In this document: piece after piece, positions 36,103 to 48,243 of the stretch
How positions within the stretch are numbered: position 1 is the stretch's first letter
How the letters are laid out: each line of letters opens with the position of its first letter
DNA from: Chthoniobacteraceae bacterium
GTDB lineage: Bacteria; Verrucomicrobiota; Verrucomicrobiia; Chthoniobacterales; Chthoniobacteraceae
NCBI GenBank assembly: GCA_040081625.1
Contig: JBEBGD010000013.1
Span: 1 to 64,000 of the forward strand
DNA length: 64,000 nt
Direction: 5' to 3'
Made by a program: the position numbers and the translations under genes
The notes under the pieces: generated by a model
Told to the model about the DNA's origin: nothing
Seen by the model: the letters and a program-made list of their open reading frames with translations, nothing else
Database searches by the model: none

Positions 36103-37176
36103 CTACAATCCCAGCAGCAACCGCGCAGGGTTCTCGATGCAGTCCTTCACGCGCACGAGGAAGGTGACGGCTTCCTTTCCATCGACCACTCGGTGGTCGT
36201 AGCTGAGCGCGAGATACATCATCGGGCGGATGACGACCGCGCCCTTCTCCGCGATGGGGCGCTCCTGGATCTTGTGCATGCCGAGGATGCCGGACTGCGG
36301 GGGGTTGAGGATTGGCGTGCTGAGCAGCGAGCCGTAGATGCCGCCGTTGCTGATCGTGAAGACGCCTCCCTGCAAATCCTCGATCTTGATTTTGCCTTCG
36401 CGCGCTTTGACCGCGTAGTCGGCGAGTGCACGCTCGATGTCGGGGAAGCTCAGCTTGTCCGCGTCGCGGACGACCGGCACGACGAGTCCGCGCTCGGTGC
36501 CGACGGCGACGCCGATGTCGTGGAAATGGTTTTGCACGAGATCGTCGCCATCCATGCGGCTGTTGATCGCGGGAACGGCTTGCAGTGCGCTCACCGCGGC
36601 TTTGATGAAGAAGCTCATGAAGCCGAGCTTGATGCCGTGCTCCTTGGTGAAGGCTTCCTGCATCTCGCCGCGCAGTCGCATGACGGCGCTCATGTCGGCT
36701 TCGTTGAAGGTGGTGAGGATCGCGGCGGTGTGCTGCGCCATGACGAGTTGCTGCGCGATCTTGCGGCGAAGCGGCGACATCTTTTTCCGCGTGCTGCGGC
36801 CTTCGCGCGGCGGCTCGGCGGCGATCACAGGGCGCGCGGGTTCCTCGGCGGGCGGCTCGGGCTCGCGCACCGGGGCGGCGGCGGGCTCTGCTTTCGGCGC
36901 GGCCTTCGCCGACTTTGCGGGAGCCTTCGCGGGCGCGGCCGCGCCTGCCTCGATCGTGCCGACGACTTCGCCGATCTTCACGTCGGCGCCGGCCTGCACC
37001 TTGATGCGCAGCACGCCGCCCGTGTCCGCGGTGATCTCGGAGGAAACCTTGTCGGTCTCGAGCGTGCAGAGCGCTTCGCCGGCGGCCACGGTGTCGCCGT
37101 CGTTCTTGTGCCAGACGGAGAGCAGGCCGCTGGTGATGGATTCGCCGACGGATGGGATTTTGATTTCGACTGGCAT
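36103..37176 (-). CDS. sucB: 2-oxoglutarate dehydrogenase E2 (dihydrolipoamide succinyltransferase)
   Basis: Lipoyl domain (VGESI, LETDKV), [30 protein letters not shown]. Confidence 0.93.
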   Translation of the reverse strand: MPVEIKIPSVGESITSGLLSVWHKNDGDTVAAGEALCTLETDKVSSEITADTGGVLRIKVQAGADVKIGEVVGTIEAGAAAPAKAPAKSAKAAPKAEPAAAPVREPEPPAEEPARPVIAAEPPREGRSTRKKMSPLRRKIAQQLVMAQHTAAILTTFNEADMSAVMRLRGEMQEAFTKEHGIKLGFMSFFIKAAVSALQAVPAINSRMDGDDLVQNHFHDIGVAVGTERGLVVPVVRDADKLSFPDIERALADYAVKAREGKIKIEDLQGGVFTISNGGIYGSLLSTPILNPPQSGILGMHKIQERPIAEKGAVVIRPMMYLALSYDHRVVDGKEAVTFLVRVKDCIENPARLLLGL

Positions 37177-37279
37177 GGCGCGGACGCGCACCAGACAAGA
37201 GGACGCCGCCGATGGCAAGCCACGCGCGTCGTTTGCGGGCTTGAATGATCGGCTTCGGCTGCGAGTCTCGTTGTCCGTT

Positions 37280-38698
37280 TTGAATACCTTGTGGTGGATC
37301 GTCGCCGCCCTTGTCATCGTCATCGCCGTCCTCGCGGTCGTTTTCCGTCGCACTTACCGGCGGCAGCAGGAGCGCATCGGCGCGGGGGATGAGCAACTCG
37401 CGCGCGTCGAGGCCGAGGAGCGGCGCGTATTCGATTTCCTGCATGTCATCGGCGAGGCGCTCTCGGCCGACATGCATGCCGATGACCTGCACCGGATGAT
37501 CGTCGAGGGCGCGATCGGCACGAGCGAGGCGCACGGCGGCGCGATCTACCTGCTCGACCGGAAAGGCACCACGCTGCGGCGCGGCTTCGGGACGCCGGAG
37601 GGATCGATCGTTTTTCCGCTGCCGCCGGAGACGGCGCAGTCGAAGGATTTGCTGCAAACCTTCCTGCGCTGGCACGCGGTGAAGCAGGGGGACGACGTGA
37701 TCGGCGCGGTGTGGCGCGACCGCGAGGCGCAGCTCGTGCCGGGCGACGATCCCCGGTTGCCGGCGGGGGCGTGCGGTTCGCTGATGATCGCGCCGCTGAT
37801 TTTCAGCGAGCAGTTGCTCGGCGTGTTCTTCGTCACGCGGCGCGCGGGCACGGAGCCATTCCCCGGCGGGACGTTCACCGTGTTTTGCTCGCTCGCGGAG
37901 CAGGCGGCGTTCGCGCTGTATTCGTCGTCGGTTTTCCACGAGGCGGCGGAGAAGCGCCGGATCGACGAAGACCTCGCCGTCGCACACGAGATCCAGCGCA
38001 TCCTGCTGCCGATGAGCGCGCCCGATGTCGAGGGCTACGAAATCGCGGGCATCAATGTGCCGGCGCGGCAGGTGAGCGGAGACTACTACGATTACATCGC
38101 CGTGGACGAGAACCACTGCGGGGTCGCGATCGCGGATGTCTCCGGCAAGGGCGTGGCGGCGTCGCTGATCATGGCGATGTGCCGGAGCGTGCTGCGCGCG
38201 CAAGCGGGCGGGCAACTCTCGCCGGGCGCGGCGCTGCGGGCGGTCAACGCGCAACTCTATCCGGACATCCGCGAGGACATGTTCATCAGCATGGCCTACG
38301 CGATCCTCGACCGGCAGAGCGCGACGGTGACGCTGTGCCGCGCAGGCCACGATGCGCCGCTGCTCTACCGCGCGAGCGAGCAGACCGTCTCGCGCATCAA
38401 CCCGCCCGGCATGGCGCTCGGCATCGACATCGGCGGCGTGTTCGATCGTGTCACCGGCGACTTCACGATCGAGCTCGAGCCGGGCGATTGCCTGCTGCTT
38501 TACACCGACGGGATCACCGAGGCTGTGGACGCACAGGGCGACGAGTTCGGGCTGCAACGGGTCATCGACACGATCATCGCCACCGCGAACGAAGGTGCGG
38601 CGGAAATGATCGCGAGGTTGACCGATGACGTGCGCGCGTTCATCGGTCCCCACCCGCAACCCGACGACATCACGATCATCGCCATCCGAAAAAAATGA
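37280..38698 (+). CDS. Membrane-anchored GAF + PP2C (SpoIIE/RsbU-like) phosphatase
   Basis: N-terminal TM, GAF region, [32 protein letters not shown] start (37271 or 37280) uncertain. Confidence 0.88.
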   Translation: MNTLWWIVAALVIVIAVLAVVFRRTYRRQQERIGAGDEQLARVEAEERRVFDFLHVIGEALSADMHADDLHRMIVEGAIGTSEAHGGAIYLLDRKGTTLRRGFGTPEGSIVFPLPPETAQSKDLLQTFLRWHAVKQGDDVIGAVWRDREAQLVPGDDPRLPAGACGSLMIAPLIFSEQLLGVFFVTRRAGTEPFPGGTFTVFCSLAEQAAFALYSSSVFHEAAEKRRIDEDLAVAHEIQRILLPMSAPDVEGYEIAGINVPARQVSGDYYDYIAVDENHCGVAIADVSGKGVAASLIMAMCRSVLRAQAGGQLSPGAALRAVNAQLYPDIREDMFISMAYAILDRQSATVTLCRAGHDAPLLYRASEQTVSRINPPGMALGIDIGGVFDRVTGDFTIELEPGDCLLLYTDGITEAVDAQGDEFGLQRVIDTIIATANEGAAEMIARLTDDVRAFIGPHPQPDDITIIAIRKK

Positions 38699-39219
38699 GT
38701 TCCGATCCCACGCAAGCACCCGCCGACGAAGGCAACGACGACGAAACCAGCGAGCAAACGCTGCTCGACCAGCTCCGTGCCGACCTCGACCGGTTCCGGG
38801 ATCTCGCGATGCGCAGCACGGCGGACCTGGAGAACTATCGCAAGCGCGCGTCGCGCGAAAAGGAGGATGCGGTGAAATATGCAAACGCGGCCTTTCTCGA
38901 GCGGCTCGTGCCGATCCTCGACAACTTCGAGCTCGGCATGAACGCGGCGAAAAATGAAACCGGCGCGGCGGCGATCGTGGCCGGGCTGGAGATGGTCGCG
39001 CGGCAGCTTCAGGATTTCCTGACCGCGTGCGGCGTCGAGCCCGTCGATGCGGAGCCGGGCACGGTCTTCGACCCGAACCTGCACGAAGCGATCGGCCAGC
39101 AGGAGCATGCGGAGATCGCCGACGGCGCGATCGTCCAGCAGATGCGCAAGGGCTTCAAGCTGCGCGACCGGCTGCTGCGCCCGGCGACGGTGCTCGTGTC
39201 GAAGGGGAAGGCGGGCTGA
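38695..39219 (+). CDS. grpE: Nucleotide exchange factor GrpE
   Basis: [33 protein letters not shown]. Confidence 0.95.
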   Translation: MSSDPTQAPADEGNDDETSEQTLLDQLRADLDRFRDLAMRSTADLENYRKRASREKEDAVKYANAAFLERLVPILDNFELGMNAAKNETGAAAIVAGLEMVARQLQDFLTACGVEPVDAEPGTVFDPNLHEAIGQQEHAEIADGAIVQQMRKGFKLRDRLLRPATVLVSKGKAG

Positions 39220-40412
39220 TGTCTGCCAAGCGCGACTACTACGAAATCCTCGGCGTTCCGAAGAACACGAGCGCGGAGGACTTGAAGAAGGCCTACCGCA
39301 AGCTCGCGGTGAAATATCACCCGGACAAAAATCCGGGCGACAAGACCGCGGAGGATAAATTCAAGGAACTCGGCGAGGCGTATGATGTCGTGAGCGACCC
39401 GGACAAGCGCGCGGCCTACGATCGCTTTGGCCATCAGGCGTTCGCGGGGCCCGGCGGTGCGGGACCGCGCGGCGGCCCGCCCGGCGGCGGTGGATTCCAC
39501 GACCCATTCGATATTTTTCGCGAGGTCTTCGGCAGCTCCGGCGGTGCTGGCGGCGGTGGTGCGGGCGCGGGTGGGATCTTCGAGCAGTTCTTCGGCGGCG
39601 CTGCGGGCGGCGGCGGGCGCGCCGATCGCGAAGGCCGGCAGCGCGGGTCCGACCTGCGCTACGATTTGCAGATCACGCTCGATGAAGCGGCGCGCGGCGT
39701 GGAAAAGGAAATCGAAGTCTCCAAGCTCGATGGGTGTTCGACGTGCAACGGCTCCGGCGCGGAGGCGGGATCGAAAGCGGTGACGTGTCCGCAGTGCAGC
39801 GGGCGCGGGCAGGTCGTCAGCGCGCGCGGATTCTTCCAGGTCTCGCAGACGTGCCCGCGGTGCCGGGGCACGGGGCAGGTCGTCGAGCGGCCATGCCGCA
39901 AGTGCGGCGGCGAAGGCCGCACCGAGCAAAGCTCGCGCATCAAGCTGCGCATCCCGCCGGGCATCGAGGACGGTTCGCGCCTGCGCAGCGTGCGCAACGG
40001 CGAAGCCGGCATCCGCGGGGGTTCGCCGGGCGATCTCTACGTCGTCATCCACGTGAAGGAGCATCCCATCTTCGAGCGCGACGGCGAGGCGCTCTTCTGC
40101 GAGGTGCCGCTCGGGTTCACGGTGGCGGCGCTCGGAGGCGAGATGGAAGTGCCCACGCTCGGCGGGAAGGCGAACGTAAAAATCCCCGCCGGAACGCAGA
40201 GCGGCACGGTCTTCAAGCTGCGCGCCAAGGGCATGCCGGTGCTGAACTCGAGCCATCACGGCGACCTGATGGTGCGCGTGGTCGTCGAGGTGCCGACGAA
40301 GCTCAACGCCGAGCAGCGGGGCAAGCTCGAGGAACTCGCCGCGATCATGGGCGAGGAAAATCGCCCGCTGCACCGGAGCTTTTTCGAGAAGGCGAAAGGC
40401 TTCTTTAGTTGA
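39219..40412 (+). CDS. dnaJ: Chaperone DnaJ
   Basis: J-domain with HPD, G/F-rich region, four CxxCxGxG repeats. ATG overlaps the grpE TGA. Confidence 0.96.
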   Translation: MSAKRDYYEILGVPKNTSAEDLKKAYRKLAVKYHPDKNPGDKTAEDKFKELGEAYDVVSDPDKRAAYDRFGHQAFAGPGGAGPRGGPPGGGGFHDPFDIFREVFGSSGGAGGGGAGAGGIFEQFFGGAAGGGGRADREGRQRGSDLRYDLQITLDEAARGVEKEIEVSKLDGCSTCNGSGAEAGSKAVTCPQCSGRGQVVSARGFFQVSQTCPRCRGTGQVVERPCRKCGGEGRTEQSSRIKLRIPPGIEDGSRLRSVRNGEAGIRGGSPGDLYVVIHVKEHPIFERDGEALFCEVPLGFTVAALGGEMEVPTLGGKANVKIPAGTQSGTVFKLRAKGMPVLNSSHHGDLMVRVVVEVPTKLNAEQRGKLEELAAIMGEENRPLHRSFFEKAKGFFS

Positions 40413-41179
40413 TGGGTGCGCCGCGATTTTACATCGAGCCCGCAAGCTGGAACCTCGACCGACTCGCGCTCGACGCCGACGACGCGCACCACTGCCTCGA
40501 CGTGCTGCGGATGAAGGCCGGCGAGCGAGCGACGGTCTTCGACGGGCGCGGGCACGAGGCGACCGTCGAGATCTCGACGACGGCGAAGGATCGCGTCGAG
40601 TTGAGAGTGCTCCAGCACGCGAAGACGCCACCGATCGGCGCGCAGATCGTCCTCGGCCAGGCGGTGCCGAAAGGAAAGAACATGGACCTCATCATCGAGA
40701 AGGTGACCGAGCTTGGAGCGGCGGAGATCGTGCCCTTGCTCAGCGAGCGGACCGTGGTGCGGCTCGATGCGGCCGATGCGAAGGACAAGCGCGGGAAGTG
40801 GCAGCGCGTGGCGATCGAAGCGTGCAAGCAATGCGGACAAAACTGGCTCCCCGAAGTCGCGGCTCCGCTCACGCCAAAAGCATTCTTCGATTCGCGGCCG
40901 AAGTTCGACCTGATGCTCATCGCTTCGCTTCAGCCCGACGCGCGGCACCTCAAGGATGTGCTCGCGGAGATCACCGGCGGCGGCGTGCTCGCGAAGACGA
41001 AACGACCCCGTCGCGTGCTCGTGCTCGTGGGACCGGAGGGCGACTTCACGCCGGCTGAGATATCGCTCGCGCGCAGCGCCGGCTGCCAGCCGATCACGCT
41101 CGGTCCGGTCATCCTGCGCACCGAGACCGCGGCGATCTATTGCGTGAGCGTTCTCTCGCACGAACTGCACGCGCCGTGA
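40412..41179 (+). CDS. rsmE: 16S rRNA m3U1498 methyltransferase
   Basis: H...VLR, KVTELG, EACKQCG, VGPEGDF, LGPVILRTETA. Confidence 0.93.
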   Translation: MGAPRFYIEPASWNLDRLALDADDAHHCLDVLRMKAGERATVFDGRGHEATVEISTTAKDRVELRVLQHAKTPPIGAQIVLGQAVPKGKNMDLIIEKVTELGAAEIVPLLSERTVVRLDAADAKDKRGKWQRVAIEACKQCGQNWLPEVAAPLTPKAFFDSRPKFDLMLIASLQPDARHLKDVLAEITGGGVLAKTKRPRRVLVLVGPEGDFTPAEISLARSAGCQPITLGPVILRTETAAIYCVSVLSHELHAP

Positions 41180-41198
41180 AGTTTCACGGAAAACCCAG

Positions 41199-41226
41199 TT
41201 GACACTCCGGGCGCTGCTCCTAGCTT
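41199..41226 (+). promoter_or_regulatory. Putative sigma70 promoter of rplM-rpsI
   Basis: TTGACA (41199-41204), 16-nt spacer, TAGCTT (41221-41226), 20 nt before the rplM ATG. Confidence 0.7.
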
Positions 41227-41246
41227 CGCCACCCTTTTTCCGAGCC

Positions 41247-41714
41247 ATGCCCAGGCACACCGACTTCAAACCCACCTTCTCCGCCAAAGCCCACGAAATG
41301 CCCGCCCAGCGGCGTTGGTATATCATCGATGCCGCCGACCAAGTGCTCGGTAAAGTCGCCGTCAAGGCGGCGAATCTCCTCCGGGGCAAAGACAAGGCGA
41401 TCTTCACACCGCACTGCGACACGGGCGATTTCGTGATCGTCGTGAATGCGGGGAAAGTCGTGCTGACCGGCAAGAAGGAGACGCAGAAGACTTACATGAG
41501 CTTCTCCGGATACGTCGGTGGCCACAAGAGCGAGACGGTGCGCGACCGCCGCAAACGCCGGCCCACGCTGCTCGTCGAGCACGCGGTCAAGGGCATGATC
41601 CCGCACAACAGGCTCGGACGCCGGATGATCGTCAAGCTCAAGGTGTATGCGGGTGCGGAGCATCCGCACGCCGGGCAGAATCCGACGCCAGTTTCCGCCG
41701 CGGCGCACGTCTAA
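41247..41714 (+). CDS. rplM: 50S ribosomal protein L13
   Basis: WYIIDAADQVLGK, FTPHCDTGD, KLKVYAGAEHPH. Confidence 0.96.
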   Translation: MPRHTDFKPTFSAKAHEMPAQRRWYIIDAADQVLGKVAVKAANLLRGKDKAIFTPHCDTGDFVIVVNAGKVVLTGKKETQKTYMSFSGYVGGHKSETVRDRRKRRPTLLVEHAVKGMIPHNRLGRRMIVKLKVYAGAEHPHAGQNPTPVSAAAHV

Positions 41715-41725
41715 ACTTTTCGAAC

Positions 41726-42115
41726 ATGTCCCAAGAACTCATGGCCACTGGCCGTCGCAAAACCTCCGTAGCTTCCGTGTGGATGGTCGCGGGCACCGGG
41801 CAAATCGTCGTCAATAAACGGCCCTTCGAGGAATACTTCCGCACCGTCGTTCTCCAGAGCCACGCGATCCGGCCGCTGGAAGTGGCGAATGTGATGAAGA
41901 CTTTCGATATCAAAGTCCGGACCCGTGGCGGCGGCAGCAGCGGCCAGGCCGGAGCGCTGCGCCTCGCACTCGCGCGTGCGCTGCTGGAGATGAATCCCGA
42001 GCTTCGGGTTGCGCTCAAGGCGGAGTCGCTCCTGACGCGCGATCCGCGCAAGAAAGAGCGCAAGAAGCCCGGCCAGCCCGGCGCCCGCAAGCGCTTCCAG
42101 TTCAGCAAACGCTAA
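41726..42115 (+). CDS. rpsI: 30S ribosomal protein S9
   Basis: TGRRKTS, GGGSSGQAGA, LTRDPR.KERKKPG, FQFSKR. Confidence 0.97.
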   Translation: MSQELMATGRRKTSVASVWMVAGTGQIVVNKRPFEEYFRTVVLQSHAIRPLEVANVMKTFDIKVRTRGGGSSGQAGALRLALARALLEMNPELRVALKAESLLTRDPRKKERKKPGQPGARKRFQFSKR

Positions 42116-42150
42116 ACCCTTTTCCGAAGTCGGAACGGCTTCCCACTAGA

Positions 42151-42194
42151 GCCCGCGCTGCACGGCCCCCGCAATCGTGCAGCGCGGGTTTTCT
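42151..42194 (+). terminator. Intrinsic terminator after rpsI
   Basis: 13-bp stem CCCGCGCTGCACG / CGTGCAGCGCGGG followed by TTTTCT. Confidence 0.8.
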
Positions 42195-42263
42195 ATTTCT
42201 CGTCATCAAGGAAAGCTGCGGTTGCGGAGCGCAGAGCAACCCCGATAGTCCGCGCCCCAAAAA

Positions 42264-44069
<1,806 letters not shown>

Positions 44070-44088
44070 GCCGGCGAGCCGGCGTTTT
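44070..44088 (+). terminator. Possible terminator after lepA
   Basis: GCCGG-CGAG-CCGGC hairpin followed by GTTTT. Confidence 0.45.
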
Positions 44089-44190
44089 CGGACCGGGTGT
44101 GCGGCTCGCAAGCATTTTCGAGAAAGCAGCCTTGACGCCATCGTTATGGTATTTCTAATACCGATCGCTGTCTTAAACGCAGCCCGCATC

Positions 44191-47100
44191 ATGAGCTATC
44201 GCATTCTCCTCCTCATCCTCTGCGCCGCGGCGAGCATTGCTCCCAAGGCGCTCGCCCAAGAACTCCTGCCCGATCTCGTCCCGATCGCCGATCAATCCTC
44301 GGCTTATCTCCACGGATGGACGCTCGATACCTCCTCGCAGCCGGGGCGCACGCTGTTGCGGCTCACGACCACCATCGGCAACCGCGGCCCCGGGCCGCTC
44401 GAGATTTGGGGCGGCGCAGTCGATGAAGACGCACTCACGCAGATCGTGAACCAGCGCATTTACAGCGTCGGCGGCGCAGTGCGCGACCGCCTTGCGGGGC
44501 ACTTCGAGTATCACTCGGCGCACGGGCACATCCACTTCGAGGGCTTCGCGACTTACAATCTCCGGCGCGTTGCGACCGGCAACGGCGTCGGGACGATCAT
44601 CGCTTCGGGCGGGAAGACGAGTTTCTGCATCCTCAATGGCCGCAACTACTGGCCGGACCTCTACAACGCAGCACCGATCCGCAACGGTCGCGGCGGCGGC
44701 GGATGCGGCACGATCCAGGGGCTCAGCGTCGGCTATGCGGACATCTACGATTCCGCCCTGCCGGGGCAATGGATCGACGTGTCGGGCGTGCCGAGCGGTT
44801 CGTATTGGCTGGAAGTCATCGCCGACCCGGACAACCACCTCTCCGAGACCGACGAGACAAATAACACCGCGCGCATCCTCGTCAGCTACACAAACCCGCA
44901 GCCACTCGCGCCGAACCGCACGCCGGTGGTCACGAATCCCGGCAATCGCAGCAGCGGCCGTGGCACCTCAGTAGGCGTGCCGATCGTCGCGAGCGATCCG
45001 GATAACAATCCGCTGACCTACGCGGCGACTGGACTGCCCGACGGACTCGGGATCGACGAAGCGACGGGCTTCATCTCCGGCACCGTGTCGCCCGCGGCGG
45101 CGCCGAGCTACGCGGTAAATGTGATCGTGAGCGACAGCCTGCTCTCGAGCAGCGTGTCCTTCACATGGACGACGACGGTGCCGGCAAACGGCACGGGACT
45201 GCGCGGCGAATACTTCAACGGCACGGGCTTCAACACGCCGGTGCTCACGCGCACGGATGCGACGGTGAACTTCAGTTGGAACAGCAACTCGCCCGCGTCC
45301 GGCGTGGGCGCGGACAACTTCTCCGTGCGCTGGAGCGGGCAGGTGCTGCCGCAGTATTCGCAGACCTACACCTTCAGCGTCCTCTCCGACGATGGTGCGC
45401 GGCTGTGGGTCAATGGGCAGCAGATCATCAATCGCTGGAGCACGGGCAGCTCGACTTCGTCGGGCACCATCGCGCTCACCGCGGGGCAGCCGGTCGCGAT
45501 CGTGCTCGAATACTTCGAGTCCACTAGCAAGGCGCGGGCGCAGCTCTCGTGGCGGAGCGCGAGCCGGTCGAGCCAGGTCATCCCGCAGAACCGACTTTTC
45601 CCCGCCGGGATCAACCGTGCGCCGGTCGTCTTCAGCCCAGGCGAGCAGACCGGCGTCGTCGGCGAAAGCGCGGCGCTCAATCTCAACGCGAGCGATCCCG
45701 ATGGGAACACGCTCACCTATTCCGCGAGCGGCTTGCCGACGGGTCTCGCGATCAATGCGGCGACCGGCGCGATCACCGGCACGTTCGCGGCGGCGGGCGA
45801 TTTCAACGTCAGCGTCAGCGCGAGCGATAGCCAGCTCTCGGCGAGCGCGGCGTTCCTGTGGCGCGTGAGCGCGGCGACGGCGGGGAGCGGGCTTTTCGGC
45901 GGATACTTCAATGGCGCCGGGCTCGATGCGCCGGTGTTTCAGCGCGTCGATGGAAGCATCGATTTCAACTGGGGCGCCGGCTCGCCCGATCCGCGCATCG
46001 GGGCGGATAACTTCTCCGCCCGGTGGAATGGCGACATCCTCCCGCAGTTCAGCGAGACCTACACGTTCAAGATCGTCGCGGACAACGGCGTGCGCTTCTG
46101 GGTGAACACGGACCTGCTGATCTACCGATGGGACCCGGTCAGCGGCGCGCCGCCCGCAGGCACGTGGACGGGCAGCGTGCAGCTTGTCGCCGGCGTGCGT
46201 GTGCCGATCCGGCTCGAGTATTTCGACGCGACCGGCACGGCAAACGTGCGGCTGCTCTGGAGCAGCCCGAGCCAGCCGGAGCAGGTCGTTCCGATCTCGC
46301 GACTCTTCCCGGTCGCCGATCAGTTTCACGACGATTTCGACGACGACACACGCGACCCGCTGCGCTGGAATGTCGGCACGCTGCTCGGGCAATTCGGCTC
46401 GCCTGCCGGGCAGGATGCGCTCGTCGGCGTCGCGGAAAGTGGCGGGCGCCTGGTTGTGACGCCGCGCAACGGCCAGGGCGGCGACCGCTACAATGGATTC
46501 GTCGCGGCGACGCCGTGGAATTTCTCCGGCCTCGGCGTGAGCGTAGAAGTCGTGCAGGCCGCGGCATCCGGGGCGGACACGATCTTCGCGGTGTGCAAGG
46601 ACTCGCGCACGTTCGTGGCGATGATCGTCGAGTCGGGCCGGCTCTATTTCGACCAGAGTGTGAACGGCACTCGCGATGTGACCTCGATCCCCTACAGCCC
46701 GGCACAGCATCGGTTCTGGCGAATCCGGCACATCGACGACCATGATCACCCGCAGGTCGTCTTCGAGACGAGCACCGACGGCGCGACGTGGGCGGTGCAG
46801 CGCAACGATGTTCCGCGGTTTCTCCTCAGCGCCGTGAGGCCCGAGTTGAGCGGGGGCACCGCCTTCGCGGCGCAAGGAACGACGCCGGCCGTGTTCGATA
46901 ACTTCCGCTACTTCACCACGGCCGCGACTCCGCCGCCCGTGAATCAGCCGCCCGTCGCCAATCCCGGCGGCCCGTATGCGGGCACGGTCGGCCAGGCGAT
47001 TTCATTCAATGGCACGTCGTCCGGCGATCCCGACGGCAGCGTCGTCGCGTATGCGTGGACCTTTGGCGACGGCGGCGCCGCGACCGGCGCGACACCCACG

Positions 47101-48072
47101 CGCACTTACGCCGCACCGGGTAGCTACACCGTCACGCTCACCGTCACCGACAACGAAGGCGCGACCGCGACCACCACGACGACCGCGACCATCTCCGCCG
47201 TGGCCAATCAGCCGCCCGTCGCGCGGCCCGGCGGTCCGTATGCCGGCGGAGTCGGCCAGGCGATCGCGTTCAGCGGCCTCGCGTCGAGCGATCCAGATGG
47301 CAGCATCGCCGCGTATGCGTGGAATTTCGGCGACGGAACCACCGCGACCGGCGCGACTCCCTCGCGCGCCTACGCCGCCGCGGGCAGCTACACCGTCACG
47401 CTCACCGTGACCGACAACCAGAACGCGACTGCGAGCGCCACGACCACCTCCACGGTGACCGGTGCTCCCGCCGTCGCGCTCACCGACGACTTCAACGACA
47501 ACGTCCGCGACCCTGCGAAGTGGAACATCGGCACCCTCATCGGCCAGTTCGTCAGCGCAGCGGGATTCGATCCGGCGGTCCCGGTGCAGGAAACCGGCGG
47601 TCGCCTGCAGATCACGCCGCGCACCGGCGTCGGCGGCGACCACTACTCGGGCTACCTCAGTGCGGCGGCGTTCAACTTCACCGGCCTCGCCGCGAAGGTC
47701 GAAGTGCCGCAGGCGACCACGAATGGCGCGGACACGATCTTCGCCATCGCGCAGGACTCGCGCAATTTCGTCTTCATCGTCGTCGAAGCCGGGACGCTCT
47801 ACTTCGACCGCTGCGTCGCTGGCGTGCGGCAGGTTTCCGGCATTCCTTACAATGCTGCGACGCACCGGTGGTGGCGGCTTCGCCACGACCCGGCAGGCAA
47901 CCGCGTGCACTTCGAGACGAGCGCCGATGGTGCGTCGTGGACCTCCCACCGCAACGACACGCCTGGCTTCGCGCTCACGGGAGTTCGCGTCGAGTTGAGC
48001 GCCGGCACGTTCGGTTCAATCGCGAACACGCTCACGGCGACCTTCGATAACTTCACCCTCTCAGCGCCCTAG
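44191..48072 (+). CDS. Secreted lysyl-oxidase-family protein with Ig, PA14 x2, PKD x2 and a duplicated lectin-like domain
   Basis: Signal peptide; LPDL.P, HSAHGHIH, KTSFC, GLSVGYADIY, QWIDV, DPDN.L.E.DETNN; PA14 motifs (DNFSVRWSG, SDDGARLWVNG); PKD motifs (YAWTFGDG, Y..PG.YTVTLTVTD). Confidence 0.85.
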   Translation: MSYRILLLILCAAASIAPKALAQELLPDLVPIADQSSAYLHGWTLDTSSQPGRTLLRLTTTIGNRGPGPLEIWGGAVDEDALTQIVNQRIYSVGGAVRDRLAGHFEYHSAHGHIHFEGFATYNLRRVATGNGVGTIIASGGKTSFCILNGRNYWPDLYNAAPIRNGRGGGGCGTIQGLSVGYADIYDSALPGQWIDVSGVPSGSYWLEVIADPDNHLSETDETNNTARILVSYTNPQPLAPNRTPVVTNPGNRSSGRGTSVGVPIVASDPDNNPLTYAATGLPDGLGIDEATGFISGTVSPAAAPSYAVNVIVSDSLLSSSVSFTWTTTVPANGTGLRGEYFNGTGFNTPVLTRTDATVNFSWNSNSPASGVGADNFSVRWSGQVLPQYSQTYTFSVLSDDGARLWVNGQQIINRWSTGSSTSSGTIALTAGQPVAIVLEYFESTSKARAQLSWRSASRSSQVIPQNRLFPAGINRAPVVFSPGEQTGVVGESAALNLNASDPDGNTLTYSASGLPTGLAINAATGAITGTFAAAGDFNVSVSASDSQLSASAAFLWRVSAATAGSGLFGGYFNGAGLDAPVFQRVDGSIDFNWGAGSPDPRIGADNFSARWNGDILPQFSETYTFKIVADNGVRFWVNTDLLIYRWDPVSGAPPAGTWTGSVQLVAGVRVPIRLEYFDATGTANVRLLWSSPSQPEQVVPISRLFPVADQFHDDFDDDTRDPLRWNVGTLLGQFGSPAGQDALVGVAESGGRLVVTPRNGQGGDRYNGFVAATPWNFSGLGVSVEVVQAAASGADTIFAVCKDSRTFVAMIVESGRLYFDQSVNGTRDVTSIPYSPAQHRFWRIRHIDDHDHPQVVFETSTDGATWAVQRNDVPRFLLSAVRPELSGGTAFAAQGTTPAVFDNFRYFTTAATPPPVNQPPVANPGGPYAGTVGQAISFNGTSSGDPDGSVVAYAWTFGDGGAATGATPTRTYAAPGSYTVTLTVTDNEGATATTTTTATISAVANQPPVARPGGPYAGGVGQAIAFSGLASSDPDGSIAAYAWNFGDGTTATGATPSRAYAAAGSYTVTLTVTDNQNATASATTTSTVTGAPAVALTDDFNDNVRDPAKWNIGTLIGQFVSAAGFDPAVPVQETGGRLQITPRTGVGGDHYSGYLSAAAFNFTGLAAKVEVPQATTNGADTIFAIAQDSRNFVFIVVEAGTLYFDRCVAGVRQVSGIPYNAATHRWWRLRHDPAGNRVHFETSADGASWTSHRNDTPGFALTGVRVELSAGTFGSIANTLTATFDNFTLSAP

Positions 48073-48243
48073 CCTGCGGGCCGCCGCGCCGAACTCGGTC
48101 TGGGTCGCGGTTCCGTCGGGATCATCCGGGTGCTCCGTCGTCCATTCATCTGGGACGAGCGAGGCGTTTGCAACGGTGTCGCAAACATGCGGGGCTCGAC
48201 AGACTCGCACCGAGCGGCTGTGCTCTTGCGCGATCAACGCACC

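Noticed and set aside
33455..38884. Apparent 1809-aa giant ORF
   Set aside because: Only the part from 36085 is protein-like. The upstream part overlaps sucB in another frame and is antisense to the PP2C gene.
44132..44161. TTGACG -35-like box before the lysyl oxidase gene
   Set aside because: No convincing -10 hexamer at 16-18 nt spacing.
46940..47460. Tandem ~265-nt DNA repeat considered as a CRISPR-like or mobile repeat
   Set aside because: These are the two in-frame PKD domains of the 44191..48072 protein.
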